Assembly (NCBI RefSeq): GCF_006345805.1
Contig: NC_043000.1
Span: 57,040,001-57,104,000 of the forward strand
Origin: Octopus sinensis
Lineage: Eukaryota
Length of the DNA: 64,000 nt
Reading direction: 5' to 3'
Every line of letters begins with the position of its first letter. Position 1 is the first letter of the stretch. This document shows positions 46,978 through 61,296 of the stretch, in pieces. The notes below the pieces were generated by a model. It was not told where the DNA came from and did no database searches. It worked only from the letters and a program-made list of their open reading frames with translations. The position numbers were made by a program, and so were the translations under genes.

Positions 46978-48346
46978 AACAACAAACAAGATGAGGACAA
47001 ATATCCATCAATTGTAAATAATGTACATAATTCCTCATCTCTTAAATATAGAACCCTATTCCTATTAATTCGAGGAGGTAGTGGAATGTGAGTTGTGATG
47101 TTCATGCTTTATCGAATGATATTGCAGAGTAGGTGAAATAGTTGTAACTTAATTAAATTTGGAATTCAGATTCAGCTCACCAGATGTTTACTGCCTGCCA
47201 TTTGCCACATACCAGACAACATGTGACATTTATGCATCAGTAGCTATCCCTTATGTAAAAAGTTAATTCCTTTTTTCATCAAAACCTCTCCCAGCCATTA
47301 TGACCGAATGACCATATGCCACCACAAAGCTATTATTGGCTCCCTTGCCATCTAGCCAGCCAGCATTGATTAGCTTGCCTTATTTAACAAAACTTGTTAG
47401 CTTCTTTAAAATGAATCATCACTGAGGGGTCAAAGCTGCACTTATTGCACTCCTTGTTTATTTAAAGTACTTGAAATGCCAGTTCCATATCAGTCCACCT
47501 AAAACCCACCTAAATAAATGAGGAATTAAATGCTTAGCTCTTGAGTTGTGAGTAAATTGACAATTGATTGTTCTGTGGATTTTGCTGTTGCCATCAATAC
47601 TACCATTGTAACCCTTACCTTTGCTGCTGCTGCTGAATAATCTCTGTATTTCTTATTTTATCACAAAGCTACAAATTTGTAAAAAAGAAAAAGAAACGAT
47701 AATGATTTATGTATTTCTTTTTCTCTTTTATCCTTTACTTGTTTCAGTCTTTAGACTGCAGCCATGTTAGGGCACCACCTTGAATTTTTTAGTTGAACGA
47801 ATTGAACCTAGTACTTACTGTTTTTTTAAAGCCTGGTACTTATTCTGTTGGTCCCTTTTGCTGAACCATGAAGTTATGGGGATGTAAGTACACCAATACC
47901 AATTGTCAAGCAGTGTTGGGGGCACAAACACACACACACACACACACACCACACACACACACACATGCACACAATGGGCTTCTTTCAGTTTTCGTCTACT
48001 AAATCCACTCACAAGGCTTCAGGTAGCCCAAGGCTATAGTAGGAGACACATACCCAAGGTACCACACACTGGGACTGAATCTTAAATCACGTGGGCACTA
48101 GACCCCAAATTTGTTGGAAAGGAGTGGTATCAGTTGATTGACTCAACCTCAGTGTATAATGTGTACTTATCTGTATTAAACTTAAAGAATAATAAAGCTA
48201 AGTCAACTATTGGTAGACTTCAGCCTTACTTTGCCCTGCTACACCAGTATTCAATTAATGACAGGGGTGGCTGGTCTTGACATCCTTAGCTGTACAAGCA
48301 ATGTCGGATTGTCTACAACTTTTCAACATTATTTGAACTTAACAAT

Positions 48347-48595
48347 CTCGGTGGCACGTAAAAAGCACCATCCGATTGTGGCCGTTTGTCAGCCTCGTCT
48401 GGCACCTGTGCCGATGGCACGTAAAAAGCACCCACTACACTCATGGAGTGGTTGGCGTTAGGAAGGGCATCCAGCTATAGAAACATTGCCAGATCAGACT
48501 GGGCCTGATGCAGCCTTCTGGCTTCCCAGACCCCAGTTGCACCGTCCAACCCATGCCAGCATGGAAAGCGGACACTAAACGATGATGATGATGAT
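48347..48595 (+). mobile_element. Family F RTE-related non-autonomous element
   Basis: Two GGCACGTAAAAAGCACC units, GTTGGCGTTAGGAAGGGCATCCAGC, CCATGCCAGCATGG hairpin and (GAT)n tail. Confidence 0.85.
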
Positions 48596-51500
48596 AAAGA
48601 CAACCATTTTATTTTATGGTTCTTCTCCTTGCATCTTAGACTTATAAAACGGAATTGTTGCATTTCCCTATATTATTCTTTGTTGTCTTTTGTGAATTTC
48701 TTGTACAGATTGAGATCAATCTACATGGAGTTTTCTGTTTCATAAAAGTTGTTTTGTCATTCATCATAAGATGCCATAGTTTTGTTTTAGAGGGGTAACA
48801 AACGTTGGAATTTTAGTGCCTGATGTAAAAGTTCAGGAATTTTATCTCAGTCCAAACACATGTATATCTACAAGAATCTTTATTGTTCATGGAATTAGTG
48901 TGTATGTGGCTGAACATTTTGCATGTATTTTTAATGTAATTCTCAGGTAGAATCAGTGTGACGAGGCTGAACCTTTAAATTGCAGATACAATCCATCTAA
49001 TATGCTTTCGTACAGTTTCTGGTACCCAGTTTCACTTACAAAGCCTCTGTTAAACCAAGGCTCTAGTAAAAGACACTTGCTTAAGATGCCTCACATTTGG
49101 AGTGAATCTAAAACCAAGCAATTGGGAAACAAATTTCTTAATCATTCAGCCATGCTTCATATACATGTGTTTGTATGTGCGTGTGTCTGGTAGGTACAAG
49201 CATGGCTGTGTGGTTAGGAAACACACTTCTCAATCACATGGTTTTGGGGTTCAATACCACTGTGTGGCACTTTGGGCAACTGTCTTCTGCTATATAGCCT
49301 TAGGCTGACCAAAGCCTAGTGATTGAATTTGGTGAGCAGAAGTTACTGTTGTGTATATACATGTTTGTGTATAAGTGCTTGTACCTCCTAATAGAAAGGT
49401 GAGATACACAGATAAAATATAGCACCTTATGGCAAATGTAGATTTTGGGTGATAGGCTTAACATGACATTCTCTTTTAGCACCACTGCCTTTAATAGAGT
49501 CAACTTTTTTGCAAGCATTCATACCAGGCCTTCCTCATTCACATTTTTCCTGGAGATGTTCAAGCTGGATATCAGTTGCAATCAGCATCAATCTCGGTCA
49601 CCATTCTTGGAGGTGCTAAAGTGGTCATGAGCACTGCTCCTCTTATAATATTCAAAAATGGCAGGGTTTCTCTTCATATATGTTTTTGGAGGAGTGTGAC
49701 TACGTTGGAAGGATATTTATTTATTTATTTTTGTGGTGGTGGGCATTATGTATGTGTGCATATAAAAAACAATGAGTGTTGGAAGTTTAACTTCTGTAGT
49801 CATGTAACTTAGTCCTCATCTCTCCTAATTTACTTAACAGAAATATAACTATTTAGATGTTGTCTATCTTAATGTATTTGAAGTTGACATAACAATCAAA
49901 ATAATGCTTAAAATATGAATGTTTGCATTGTTTTGAAAGCTTGTCAACATAAAAAGCAATCTGCCAAATTATTGGATACATACCAGTGATATAGCACATT
50001 AGTTTAATGAACTCTAACATTAGGTTTTATAAATGCTGGACCAGAATGAGATGAGCAGATGTACATTGGATTCTCATGATTCAACATATCTTTTATTATT
50101 TATTTGTTTCAGTCATCGGATTGCAGCCATGCTGGAGCACCAACTTGAAGGGTTTAGTTGTGCGAATCACTCCCAGTACTTACTTTTTTAAAAGTTTGGT
50201 ACTTATTCTATTCGTCTTTTTTTACCAAACCACTAAGTTACAGGGGACAAATGCAAACACACACTCATAAATACAACAGACTTCTTTCAGTTTTTATTGA
50301 CTAATTCCACTCACAAGACTTTGGTCAACCTGAGGTAGTAGTTGACGACACTTGCCCAAGGTGCCATGCAGTGGGATTGAAGCTGAAAACCTGTGGTTAG
50401 GAAGCAAACGTTTTTACCATGCAACCACGTGTGTGCTTATGGTAATTTATTTTATAAAAGGAAAGAAAAAAGTGCAATGAACTCATGTATACGTAATGAG
50501 AATGGATAATATAAGAGATGAAGTATTTGAATTAATGAAAAATAATTAATAACAGCTGTATAAGTATTACTATTAGCACTGAATTAAGTGGTGCTAGATA
50601 TTTTAATATGGTAAACTTGAATAATAATTTTTCGAAAATAGAAGCGTTACATGTTAAATGAAGAAATGGGGCAGAAGTAAAAGAAAAAAAGGGAGAAAAT
50701 ATCCTGTGAGGTCTCTGTCAAAGACTTCATTTTCCTGGAGATGGCTGTAGGGAAGGCAGTGATGAAAGGTTATACTGTTGTGTAAACTTGTCCTAATAAT
50801 CACAAAAAATAAAAAAATTATATCTAGTGAAAAGGAGTATTTATTCTCTTATTTCTTCTTTCAAGTTAAAAAAGAACTATTATGTAACAGATGTTTTTGA
50901 TCAGTTGTGTAGGAAGTCAGAAACACCTTTTTAAGCTTGTAAGTTTTATTACTTATTTTTCCTTGCAGTCCTATAACCTGAAATTACATGCTGACTTACC
51001 TCTTTTTAGCCTCTTGTACAGCTAGCTATCAAAGGTATATTTAAATAAACAATTCTCATGAATAAACACCATTGTCTCAATTTTATCAAAATTTCTATAA
51101 AATCTTGGTGATAAATATGAAATGAATGCTGTTTAGGATACTGTAAGAATATTTTTGTTTGCTTAAGAAGAAAATTGTTTCTTTCAAACAATATGAATAG
51201 TGAAATATAGCAAGAAATTAGCATGAATATAGATGCATACAAGAAAACAAAGCCTCAGAATCTTAATGTCCCATAAACTACTGAAAATTTACTTCACATA
51301 AATATTGGGCAAACTAACCATGCGGGATAATTGAAAATAATCTATACATAAGTAGCTAGCTGGCCAGTGGTATGATTTCACTACTGTGAACACTGCCAAA
51401 AAAAAAAAAAAACTATTTGTCTTTTATCTTATTTTTGCCTAAATTCTGAATGCTGTGATATTTACATCATGGTATTGATTGGCTTTATTTATTTACATTT

Positions 51501-54500
51501 CTTACTTTTCTGTTTCATTTTTATTACTATTGACATCAGAAATAGTGATGTCTCTGTCATCTGTAGTAAAATTGATATATTTTCTCTGAGTATTTTCAAT
51601 ATTCTGAAAGTGAAAACCTTCAAATTATTGTTTGTAACTTAGTGGGATTTAGTTATGTAGCATGTGCATCATTTTCCAAAAAGATGTGTTTAAAAAAAAA
51701 AAATCATTTAAACTAGCTATTAATCTAAAACTGCAGGCCAAAAATTAACAATTATAAAATGTAAGCTTTAGAAGGGAGGGATTTTATAATTGTTTGTGAG
51801 TAAGCATTTTTCTTGAAGGAGTAATTTCTTTATTATGACGCAATGGCATTTTGGACATCATGAGATCTCTTCTGATCAGAGCCTTAAGAAGCTTCTTTAA
51901 GGTACAGTTGGGGTACATGGTTCTTTAAGCAAATGACTTCTACCATATACTTGGGTTAGCCTAAAATTTGTGAGCAAAAGGGAAACTAAGCAGAAGCCCA
52001 TCAAACTGTACCTAGACTTTGGTAGTTGACTTAGCTTACTCTGTTTCCTGGTATAACATCCCATTGTGGATCTTGGGTGTTTCTTAGCAGAGGACACACT
52101 GTTGCAAATATTAAGGTAATGTAGTTTTTCCTATTATAACAAACCCACACAAGAACTTAAATACATCATGTATCAAAAATTGCATCTGCTATTCATGCAA
52201 TATCTCAGCTAGAAATGGACATTAGTTCATCTTTGTTAGCATTTACAAGTTTCTTCACAGCATTGTTGTGATCATAAGAAGATTATGTTTTAAAATACAA
52301 TGCAGCATAAATTTTATGTTATTGATATCTATCATAATAGATGCAGCTGTATAACCAGTCAGCTTTATGTAAGGTGTGGTTTAATGCTAGTTGGAAGCCA
52401 TTATAATAGATACATTAAATCTGTTTAGTTAAGTGGTTCCTAGTTATAACTATATGCTTAGTCTTTTTAGCTGCTGTGCATTGAAAATTTACTATAAGGA
52501 TGAAAGGTTTGTAACAGTTAGAGAGAGGAGAAAAAGGCATCACTATAACACTATTATAATTCACTGTTCTTGTTTGAGTTGTAAAACTGAATGTGTAATG
52601 TGAAAGGAAAGGAAATAAATGTGAGCCACTAAGCATAGGTTTAGAATTTAAGAAATAGACTGGATTTGTAGGTATTAATAATTATGATTTGTTGGTTAGA
52701 TTGAATTATTAGAATTAGCTGAACAAATAATGGTTGATTGTTGGTGGTATTATTTTGCCCCCAAGTCAGCACTGATGAAAGGCATTCCAGCTGTGACCAT
52801 CCCTGACATTTTCCCAGATGCTGTGAATCATGTACTTTTTTTCTTTTTTACTAATGCAGTAGGGTGTGATTGGAAGGAATATTTTTTTTATTTAAAAATA
52901 ATGTCTTGAGGACCACATTATCTAATGTATCTTTCTTTCCTTTAAGACAGTAGGATATGATTTTAAGAAGACACTGAGTAACCATGCAATAGCTCTTTTA
53001 TTAGATTAAATGATGGTTAGTAACTGCCAGAATAGAGTAAGAACAATTTGGAATAATTAATGATATAACAGAAATACTGTAAACCAGATATGTATTTTTA
53101 ATACAGTAGAGTAAAGCTTGAAGTAGATTTAGTTGCTAGATATAGCAGATCAAACAACCACTTGGAGACATCCTTATAAGCTCATGTTCTGGTTATGGCT
53201 GACCTGGGGCTACATAACAACAACAAGCAGATATGTTGAGATTAAATTAATTTGAAACATGCTTTATAAAATAATATACATCTAAATTATTTTGCGTTTT
53301 TTAATTATTCTGTGCTTATGAACAATGCATTGGAGCTTTAAAAAGTTAACTTGGAATAAATATGCTGCAAGGAGAAAGCAATAGCAATCAGTGACTAATA
53401 TTTTAATTGTTCTAATAACTTTTGACAGTTTTCAATCTTATTCTGGACTTATCTACAAAACACAACTTTCATTTAACTTGCCAAAATTGTGGCGAAAGAA
53501 TCAGTAAGTAAATGTACAATATATACATTTGCTGGCATAGTGTTTAGTTACAACTTTGACCCCCATTAATTCAAATTTGGTTGCTTTAAACATCTAAATG
53601 TATGTGGCTTGTGTGCTAATCCTACTCACATACCTATTTCAACTATGCTAACATTGAGAACTGACTGCAGAAAATTGTGATAATTAATTTCAATATAGTA
53701 TACTATTTGTGATTATCTGAGGTAACGAAATTTGCCTTCCCCAAAAATGTAACCTCATAACTACAGCTGATTCCTATGGAAAAAGACTGATATTAAATCT
53801 AATATGCTAATATTAGCAGAAGGAATCACAAGAATTTTGTATTTTTTCTCTTTTTTTTAGCGCTACTTTTACTGCACTTTTGTTCAGAATGTTTCAAATT
53901 TCTTGGTTAAACAAATTTATTAGTTAAATACTATTTCCTTATAACCGATGTGTCTTATTAAGTGTAGATGAGATTATAAGTGGAAGAAGCATGACTGTGT
54001 AGTTAAGCTTACTTTCCAGCCACATGGTTTCAGTTTCAATCCAATTTTGGGTATAGATATCATCATCATCATTTTGAATACAATGGGCTTCTTTCACTTT
54101 CTGTCCACCAAATTCATTCATAAGGCTTTGGTTTGCCTAGGCACGTTGGACTATTGTCTATTCTACTATAGCCTCATGAGTGGATTTGATGGATAGAAAC
54201 TGGAAGAAGCCTACTATGTGTATACATGTGTGTGTCTTCTTGTCTGGGCATCACACAACAGTTGTAAATGAGCATCACAATCACACAAATGGTTCCATTT
54301 GTTTCCAATCTTCCATGCATACATATCCAGCTATGGGAAAATATTGCTTTGCTTGGAAACAGGTGAAGGTTAGCAACAAGAAAGGCATCCAGCTGTAGGG
54401 AAATATGCCTCAGCTAATTCTGTTTGATTCAAAATGCTGATGATGATATTTATATACTATTGTAATGCAATAGTTTAACAAACAATGGAATCGTAAACTG

Positions 54501-55071
54501 CATGTCTCACATTGTTTAATTTTGTTCTTTGTTCAAATCCTATAGGAATTGACTTTGTCTCTCATTTTTCCAGGCCTGATAAAATAAGCACCACAAATAA
54601 TCCTAGAATCAATTCAATTGACTATATCTCCTTCACCTTATAAAATTAAAAAATCACTACAGATAATAGTGACCTTTCATGGTTGAGCAAGGCCATAAAT
54701 TTTGGGTGAGGTGTATATTCACTTAACTCAAGTTCATGATTGATAGTTATCATACTGAATTTCACCCCCTCCACTGGATTTCAACTTAAAACATACAGAG
54801 AGAAATCTTATTACTCTTAGGCAATCGGTTAGTCAATGTTGCACCACTAAGTAAATAAGTTTAGACCTATCTTGGTGGTGCTTACATTTTTCATAAAGTA
54901 GTGATTACAACATTTTCTCAGCTACCAGCAGAAAAAGTAATTGGACCTAATGATGGTTTAATAAAATCTCAAATTAATAATTTTGTTAGCTCAGTTATTT
55001 GGGGTACTTTTTCTGGCTACTGATTTAATTACAGTATTTGTTTTACATCAAGGTTAAAAAAATACACATAT

Positions 55072-55297
55072 CAAACCTTCAGCATTTAAACCAACTATCT
55101 GGCCTAAATATTCTACCTGTTTTATGTTCAATCCATCCAGATGCGCCCTCTCACACATACACTACAATGTCATTGTAAAAATAAACAACGACACTATTGA
55201 AATCTCAAAGCTATGAGATAATGCATGATTAATTCAAAACAATGGGAATAAATAAATATTAAATTTGACACTGTAACCTGAATGCTGAAGGGGTTAA
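55072..55297 (+). mobile_element. piggyBac-like MITE (family D)
   Basis: CAAA|CCTTCAGCATT ... AATGCTGAAGGGG|TTAA termini. Confidence 0.75.
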
Positions 55298-56310
55298 ACT
55301 TATGTTTGTAACTTTGTTTTGAAAATTTGATTTGAAATGCATAATGTCAGTTGCTCTGTTTTCTCTATATATATTTATATTGTTTGAGTGATATATATCA
55401 GCAAAATATCTAAAACAACATAGCACAAATATTGATAAACTGTGCCTGATATTTGTTGTGTCCAAGTTTTCACAGACGAGCATGTGTTAGTATTACAACT
55501 GTAAATTCAATGAACTCTCATTGACCTGTTGGAAATATGTAACCAATTTGGCTATTGTTCAGAAAAGTGAGATAATAAATAATTTAAGTAGATTTTTTAA
55601 AAATATTTTCCCCATTTTCTTTTCTTTGTTTCATAATAGTTATTGCATCATCCATCTGAAACTTGTTTTCTTTCTTCTGTATTTCAATAGTTATTTTAAA
55701 AAGAAACTAGTCAAACAATTCTTTGCTGGTTTCATTAAAATTGCTATTATTATATATATAGAGAAAAAAAAAGAAGAAAACTCAGCTTTTTACTAAAAGG
55801 ATTAATATCAAAGAAAATTATGCCTACTATTAATGTTTCATTTTCAATCAGTTCCATTGCTTTTAGATAGTTTCATAGTTTCTTAACATGACTATCAGGA
55901 AAAGATGTTTATTTTCTTCAGTAATTCCTTTTGACTCATCACATGTACATTTTTACTTTATTAGATTTATTAGCTTATTACATTACTGCTACCTTAGTAA
56001 GGTAGGCAACATTTTTAATTTGATCTTAGTCATTCATATATCAATTTGTTGCACGAATTATTTTTAGTTTTATTCCACAGAGAAAGCATCCTTTGGTATA
56101 ATACCCTTATTATTTGTGGTAAAACAGCTTTCAAAATTATAGTCAAGATAAAAAAAAAAATTTGGTTTGCTGTTTAAATTATTGCATCATGAACACTAAT
56201 TAGATCTGATTTATATCCATTAGTGTTAAGTGCAATCAGTAAAAATAAACCTTTGTTATATGTTCTATCTAAAGAAGCTGTTTAATAAGTTAGAAAATTT
56301 TACATATATA

Positions 56311-56655
56311 TGTAGTCTGATCAATAAGTATCCGGACTGTTTCCATACTAATGAAGCTAAAGTATGCAGAATGAAGCCACATAGCATAGATTGACCTTGA
56401 TCTCTGCTGTGCATGCGCACTAAGTTTTAACATTCTAGCTCACTTCCCTTATTTACAGTAGTGTTTGGAAGGAAGGTGTGTAGTATGTGATCATCACACT
56501 GACCATGACAGAGAAAGTTGAGGAGAGAATCTGCATCAAATTTTGCCAAAAATTTTTCCATAAACTGAGTGTATGTTTCAAGTGGCTTCGGCTGCAGAGT
56601 TTCCTTTTTTGCATTATGTGCCTCAAATGCTCTTTGGATACTTCCATATTAGAAA
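56311..56655 (+). mobile_element. Internally deleted mariner-type element
   Basis: TA|TGTAGTCTGATCAATAAGTATCCGGACTG terminus; ATG at 56505 gives MTEKVEERICIKFCQK (mariner HTH start, cf. EQRxxIKFCxK). It is followed by a degenerate inverted copy of the 5' end. Confidence 0.7.
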
Positions 56656-59600
56656 GGGCTTTAATCAAAGAAATTTTAATTCTATTATTCTGTAAAATAA
56701 TATTTAATTAGTTTAAATGTACACAAATGCATAAAAATAATTTTTAATTCCATTAGACATTCTAAAATACTATTAAATTTCAGTCAATTTAAAAAAAGGT
56801 AAAATTGGTCAGAACTTATGGGATAACCTGATAGTAGCTATTTTTGTAGATCCCTATTTATTGAATTATCAAATTATGTTTTCCTTATTTTTCTGGATGC
56901 AATGCAACACAATGGTTTACATCTGCAAATATAACACACACACACATGATGGGCTTCAGTGTAGTTTATATTTATAGAATTCCATCTATAAAGCATTGGT
57001 CAATTTGAGGTTATAGCAGACACTTGCTTAGAGTGAACTTGGAACAGTACAGTTCACATTCATTTTACATAGCTTGTCATAATTTTTTTCTTTTTTTATT
57101 TCTAAACCATTGTTCTTTACCTGTGTATTTTATTTACTTGAGGTGTCAGGAACAGTTGTATTTTTTCTTTCCTGTTCCATTCCACACTGTTTTCTTAAAA
57201 GTTTTTGTTGATTATCTTAGATTTTGTCTCAATGCCAAGAATGTTAAGTTCACTTCAGTGTTTCTATTGTTCAAAGTATTATGTAATTTAATGTTCAGAT
57301 TTTTTTTTTTATTTTTTTTTTTTTTATTTTGTAATGAATCCAGACAAGCATGAGACTTCAGATGTGAGATGTTTGCAAAGGAAATTAATAATAAATAGAT
57401 TGAAATCAAAGGCAGCATAATCATTATCCAGGTTATTTGAGATTGGAGTCCTAACATTTTTATATTGTTGGTTTGGGTTAGTTATAACATACTGGGAGTT
57501 TAAGAACTCAAATACTTGGAGTAACTGTGGGTGCGAGGTAAGTCATGAGTTGAACTTAAGGTGTTGACTACCGCACAACTATTGGCTGTTTCTGTATTGG
57601 TTGGTGGTTGGGTGATAGTTTCACTGGTATTTTGTCATTGGCTGGCTGAAGCTAGCCTACAGGTTGGATGTCTTGACTGCCAACTGGCACTCTAATGAAT
57701 AATAAGATTTTATTTTACTTTTTATAACATGTGTGAGAATATGTATTGTCTTTGTTTAACTCCAAGTTAGTTCTGACTGAACAAAACTATGACCAAAGGC
57801 ATTCCTACCATGACCATCTGCCTTTTATTTTAGATTATTCAGTATAATCTCTATCTTTTGAAGATGGTAGGGTTGTGATTTGAGGGAGATTTAACTGTTA
57901 TTTCCTGTTAGTTGAGCAACTTCATAGACACACACACTCCTGCTACTTCCCATTTTGGCTCATTTAGGTGCAGCTATGCATGTTGAATTGGTTTTTCAAA
58001 TATTGTTTACTGGCAAGTAAATTAGTCTTTTAGTGAGGTTTTAACAAAAGGTTATGCTTTTTAAAAGATAGATGGGTCTTGCTGAATTCTGGTTTTTTTT
58101 GTGAGATTTGGAATTTCTATGAGCAACTTGGGACTTATGGCTTTTATTTGATTTATTAATTTTTTGGAACAACTTTGTACAGGTGTGTTCATTGGTCTAA
58201 ATAGTTTTTTTTTTTTAATGCTGCTTGCTTTAAATATGACGAAATTAACTATTGTTTTTTTTGTGTTTTGTGTGTTGATTATGTCTTTGAATTATTTAGT
58301 CTCTCAACCGTGCTATAACTAAATCAAATGTTCCATTTGATATTAATTTAGATGAATAAGTAACAAAGAAAAATTACACAAAAAAGAACTATAAAATATA
58401 TTTCAGTTTCATTTTTACTTACCAGCTAAAACTAATAAGCTTATCAGTATTACATGACAATTCTTTATACAAAGTGTTGCACTGTTAGATGTGATAGATT
58501 GTTTCCTCATAAGATAGAATTTATCTTCGTGAGTGATAAAAGATAGTTGAGAGGTATCCCACCAGAGAGAGACTTGGAAATTTTAGACATTAGTATGAAT
58601 TTACCTGACTCTAACTAAACCTAGTTATTAAACAGATTTTATTAGAAATATGCTATAGACCTGTGTTGAGGTTTTGCATGTTGATCAAACAAGCCGATCT
58701 ATGATCAAAGGCATGCAAGCCGTGACTTTTATTTTCAGGCAATAAGTGCCAGAACTAACAATATTATATAATGAGTTCTTTGAGACAGTAAGCATGGATA
58801 CAGAGGAGATTTGGCTGATATTTCTAATAGGTTGGGCAAACAATAAAGTCTTATTCTTTGGCTCTATATTGAGCACATAAACCATTCATAAATTTAATGA
58901 AGAAAATTGTGAAATCATATGGTGTTATAATTATCATGTCTGGCTGGTCAATAAAAGATGTCTGGTGAAATTTCAGTCAGCATCTTTATTTGTTTGTTTT
59001 TCTCTTGAATTGTTGCTTATAAAGGAAATTTTTTTTCATGTTTTACCTTTTACTTTCTTCAGTCATTAGACTGTGGCCATGCTGGGGCACTGCCTTGGAG
59101 AATTTTTAGTTGAATGAATTTACCCCAGTAGTTAATTTTGTTAAGTCTGGTGTTTATTCTATCAGTCTCTTTGCCAAACCACTAAGTTACAGAGACATAA
59201 ACACACGAACACTGGTTGTCAAGCAGTGGTGAGGAAACAAACACAAATACAAAGATATGTATACACACGCACACACACATACACACACGCACACACACAT
59301 ACACACACGATGAGCTTCTTTCAGTTTGCATTTACCAAATCTACTCAGAAGGCTTTGGTTGGCCCAAGGTTATAGGAGAAGACACTTGCTAAAAGTGCCA
59401 TGCAGTGGAACTGAACTCAGAATCATGTGGTTGGGAAGCAAGCTTCTTTGAGTTTTTTGTTCAGTTGCCATAACGTTAACTTTTTTGTTATGAAATCTTC
59501 CTCCTCTGCATTTTGACATTATTATAATTATTATTAAAATCTCGAAAGTATATGACTGTGTTGTTAAGAACCATACATAAAAAATATAAAATATTTCTAA

Positions 59601-60999
59601 TATATGTCACCTATCTCATGACTGACAGCTGTTATTCAAAGGTTAACAAGCCCTCTGTATCTATCTTGAAGCCTACAATAATATTGCTACCTTTTCTGTA
59701 CTGACATGCCTAGAAACTGAAGAATTTTCTGACTCATCGTTTTTTGTTTTCATGTATAGCTTTCTCAAGGTTATCTGCAAAGATGTGTCTCCAAAGACAT
59801 ATTTTTGCAGACATTTTATTTTATTTATTTATCATATTTGGAACAGCTTTAGAGCAGTTGAGATCTTGCTCTATTGTGTCATGTAAAGGGAAATAGCTAT
59901 CATCTTGGATAATCTATGTTTTCCTAATAGAATTTTAATCAACTTTTAATGAAAGTAATTATCAAATTGATTGAAATGCTTCTCCTGTTTATACTTCATA
60001 TGTCTTCAAACTGTTGTTGCAATTCTGCCTTCTCCTCCTCTTCATCAGCATTATCATTATTTTTCATGATTGCAGCATTAAGGTTTTCCTAATATCAATT
60101 TATTTTTAGGCATACATATGCAAGTTCTGAATAAATGAGAACGGCTTTTATTTAATGTCAAAATGAAACTATGCACACTCACACGGACGCATGGAAATAT
60201 GTATGTGTATACATTCATATATACACCTACTCACATAAATTATAATTGGATTATCAATAATTCATCTGAGACACTTGAGCATTTAATCGCATGTTTTAAA
60301 TTGTAGGACAGTATATCCAAGAACACATCTGAATAATCACCCCCACCCACATATGAACATACATAGGTTTGTGTGTGCATTTGTATTCATATATAATCTG
60401 GTATTTTAACACAACCATTCTATAATTATACTTCTCTTATTACACAATTTGAGAGAAAGTGGATTAGGGTGTGTTTATTTTTGCTCCACTAGCAGAGAGG
60501 ATATCCTCTCATTGTTCTTCCCAGTCTGTTCCCTTCTATAGTAGGTGTCATAGTAGTAATTATTATTTAAATAAATTTCTCTCTCTTTCTTCATATTTTT
60601 CTCACTTTATATGTGGTTTTGTGTTTGGTTTTCAATAAGTTGCCCCTCTTGTTCAATTCATCTATGATAAATAAAGATAAAGCTTTGCAATGCCTGGCCC
60701 CATTGTTTAGTCACATTCATCCATCTCTGCTTATTCTAACCCTTTTACTACTTCCTGAACCCATTCATTCTATACTACACCCTACTCCCACTATGATAAT
60801 TTTGATTGTCTTTTTGTACATAAGAGACTGTATTGAGAAAGTAGTCCCTTTCTGTTCTCATTTCTCCCCATCACCAATTTCTGATCTGCATTCAAATTAA
60901 AATGAGTTTTTACTTTCAACCTATTTGGGATGACCAAAAGTGTTATGGCCATTGCTACTCTCCTATCTAACAACAACAACAACAATATATCAAGCATAA

Positions 61000-61296
61000 G
61001 AGAACCATCTGAATGTGGCTGTAGCCAGCGCTGCTCTGACTGGCCTCCGTGCCGGTGGCACATAAAAAGCACCATCCGATCGTGGCCGTTTGCCAGCCTC
61101 GTCTGGCACCTGTGTCGGTGGCATGTAAAAAGCACCCACTACACTCATAGAGTGGTTGGCGTTAGGAAGGGCATCCAGCTGAAGAAACACTGCCAGAGTA
61201 GACTGGGCCTAGTACAGCCTTCTGGCTTCCCAGACCCCAGTTGAACCATCCAACCCATGCTAGCATGGAAAGCGGACGTTAAACGATGATGATGAT
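61000..61296 (+). mobile_element. Family F RTE-related non-autonomous element
   Basis: Near-identical to 48347-48595, with an extra upstream unit and a (GAT)n tail. Confidence 0.85.

Larger units (their letters stand above)
46535..47053. mobile_element. Head-to-head palindromic insertion of a tRNA-headed element with a Penelope-type hammerhead tail
   Basis: Inverted arm 46535-46781, forward arm ~46785-47053; TSD CCCTATTCCTATTA at 46523-46536 and 47054-47067. Confidence 0.9.
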
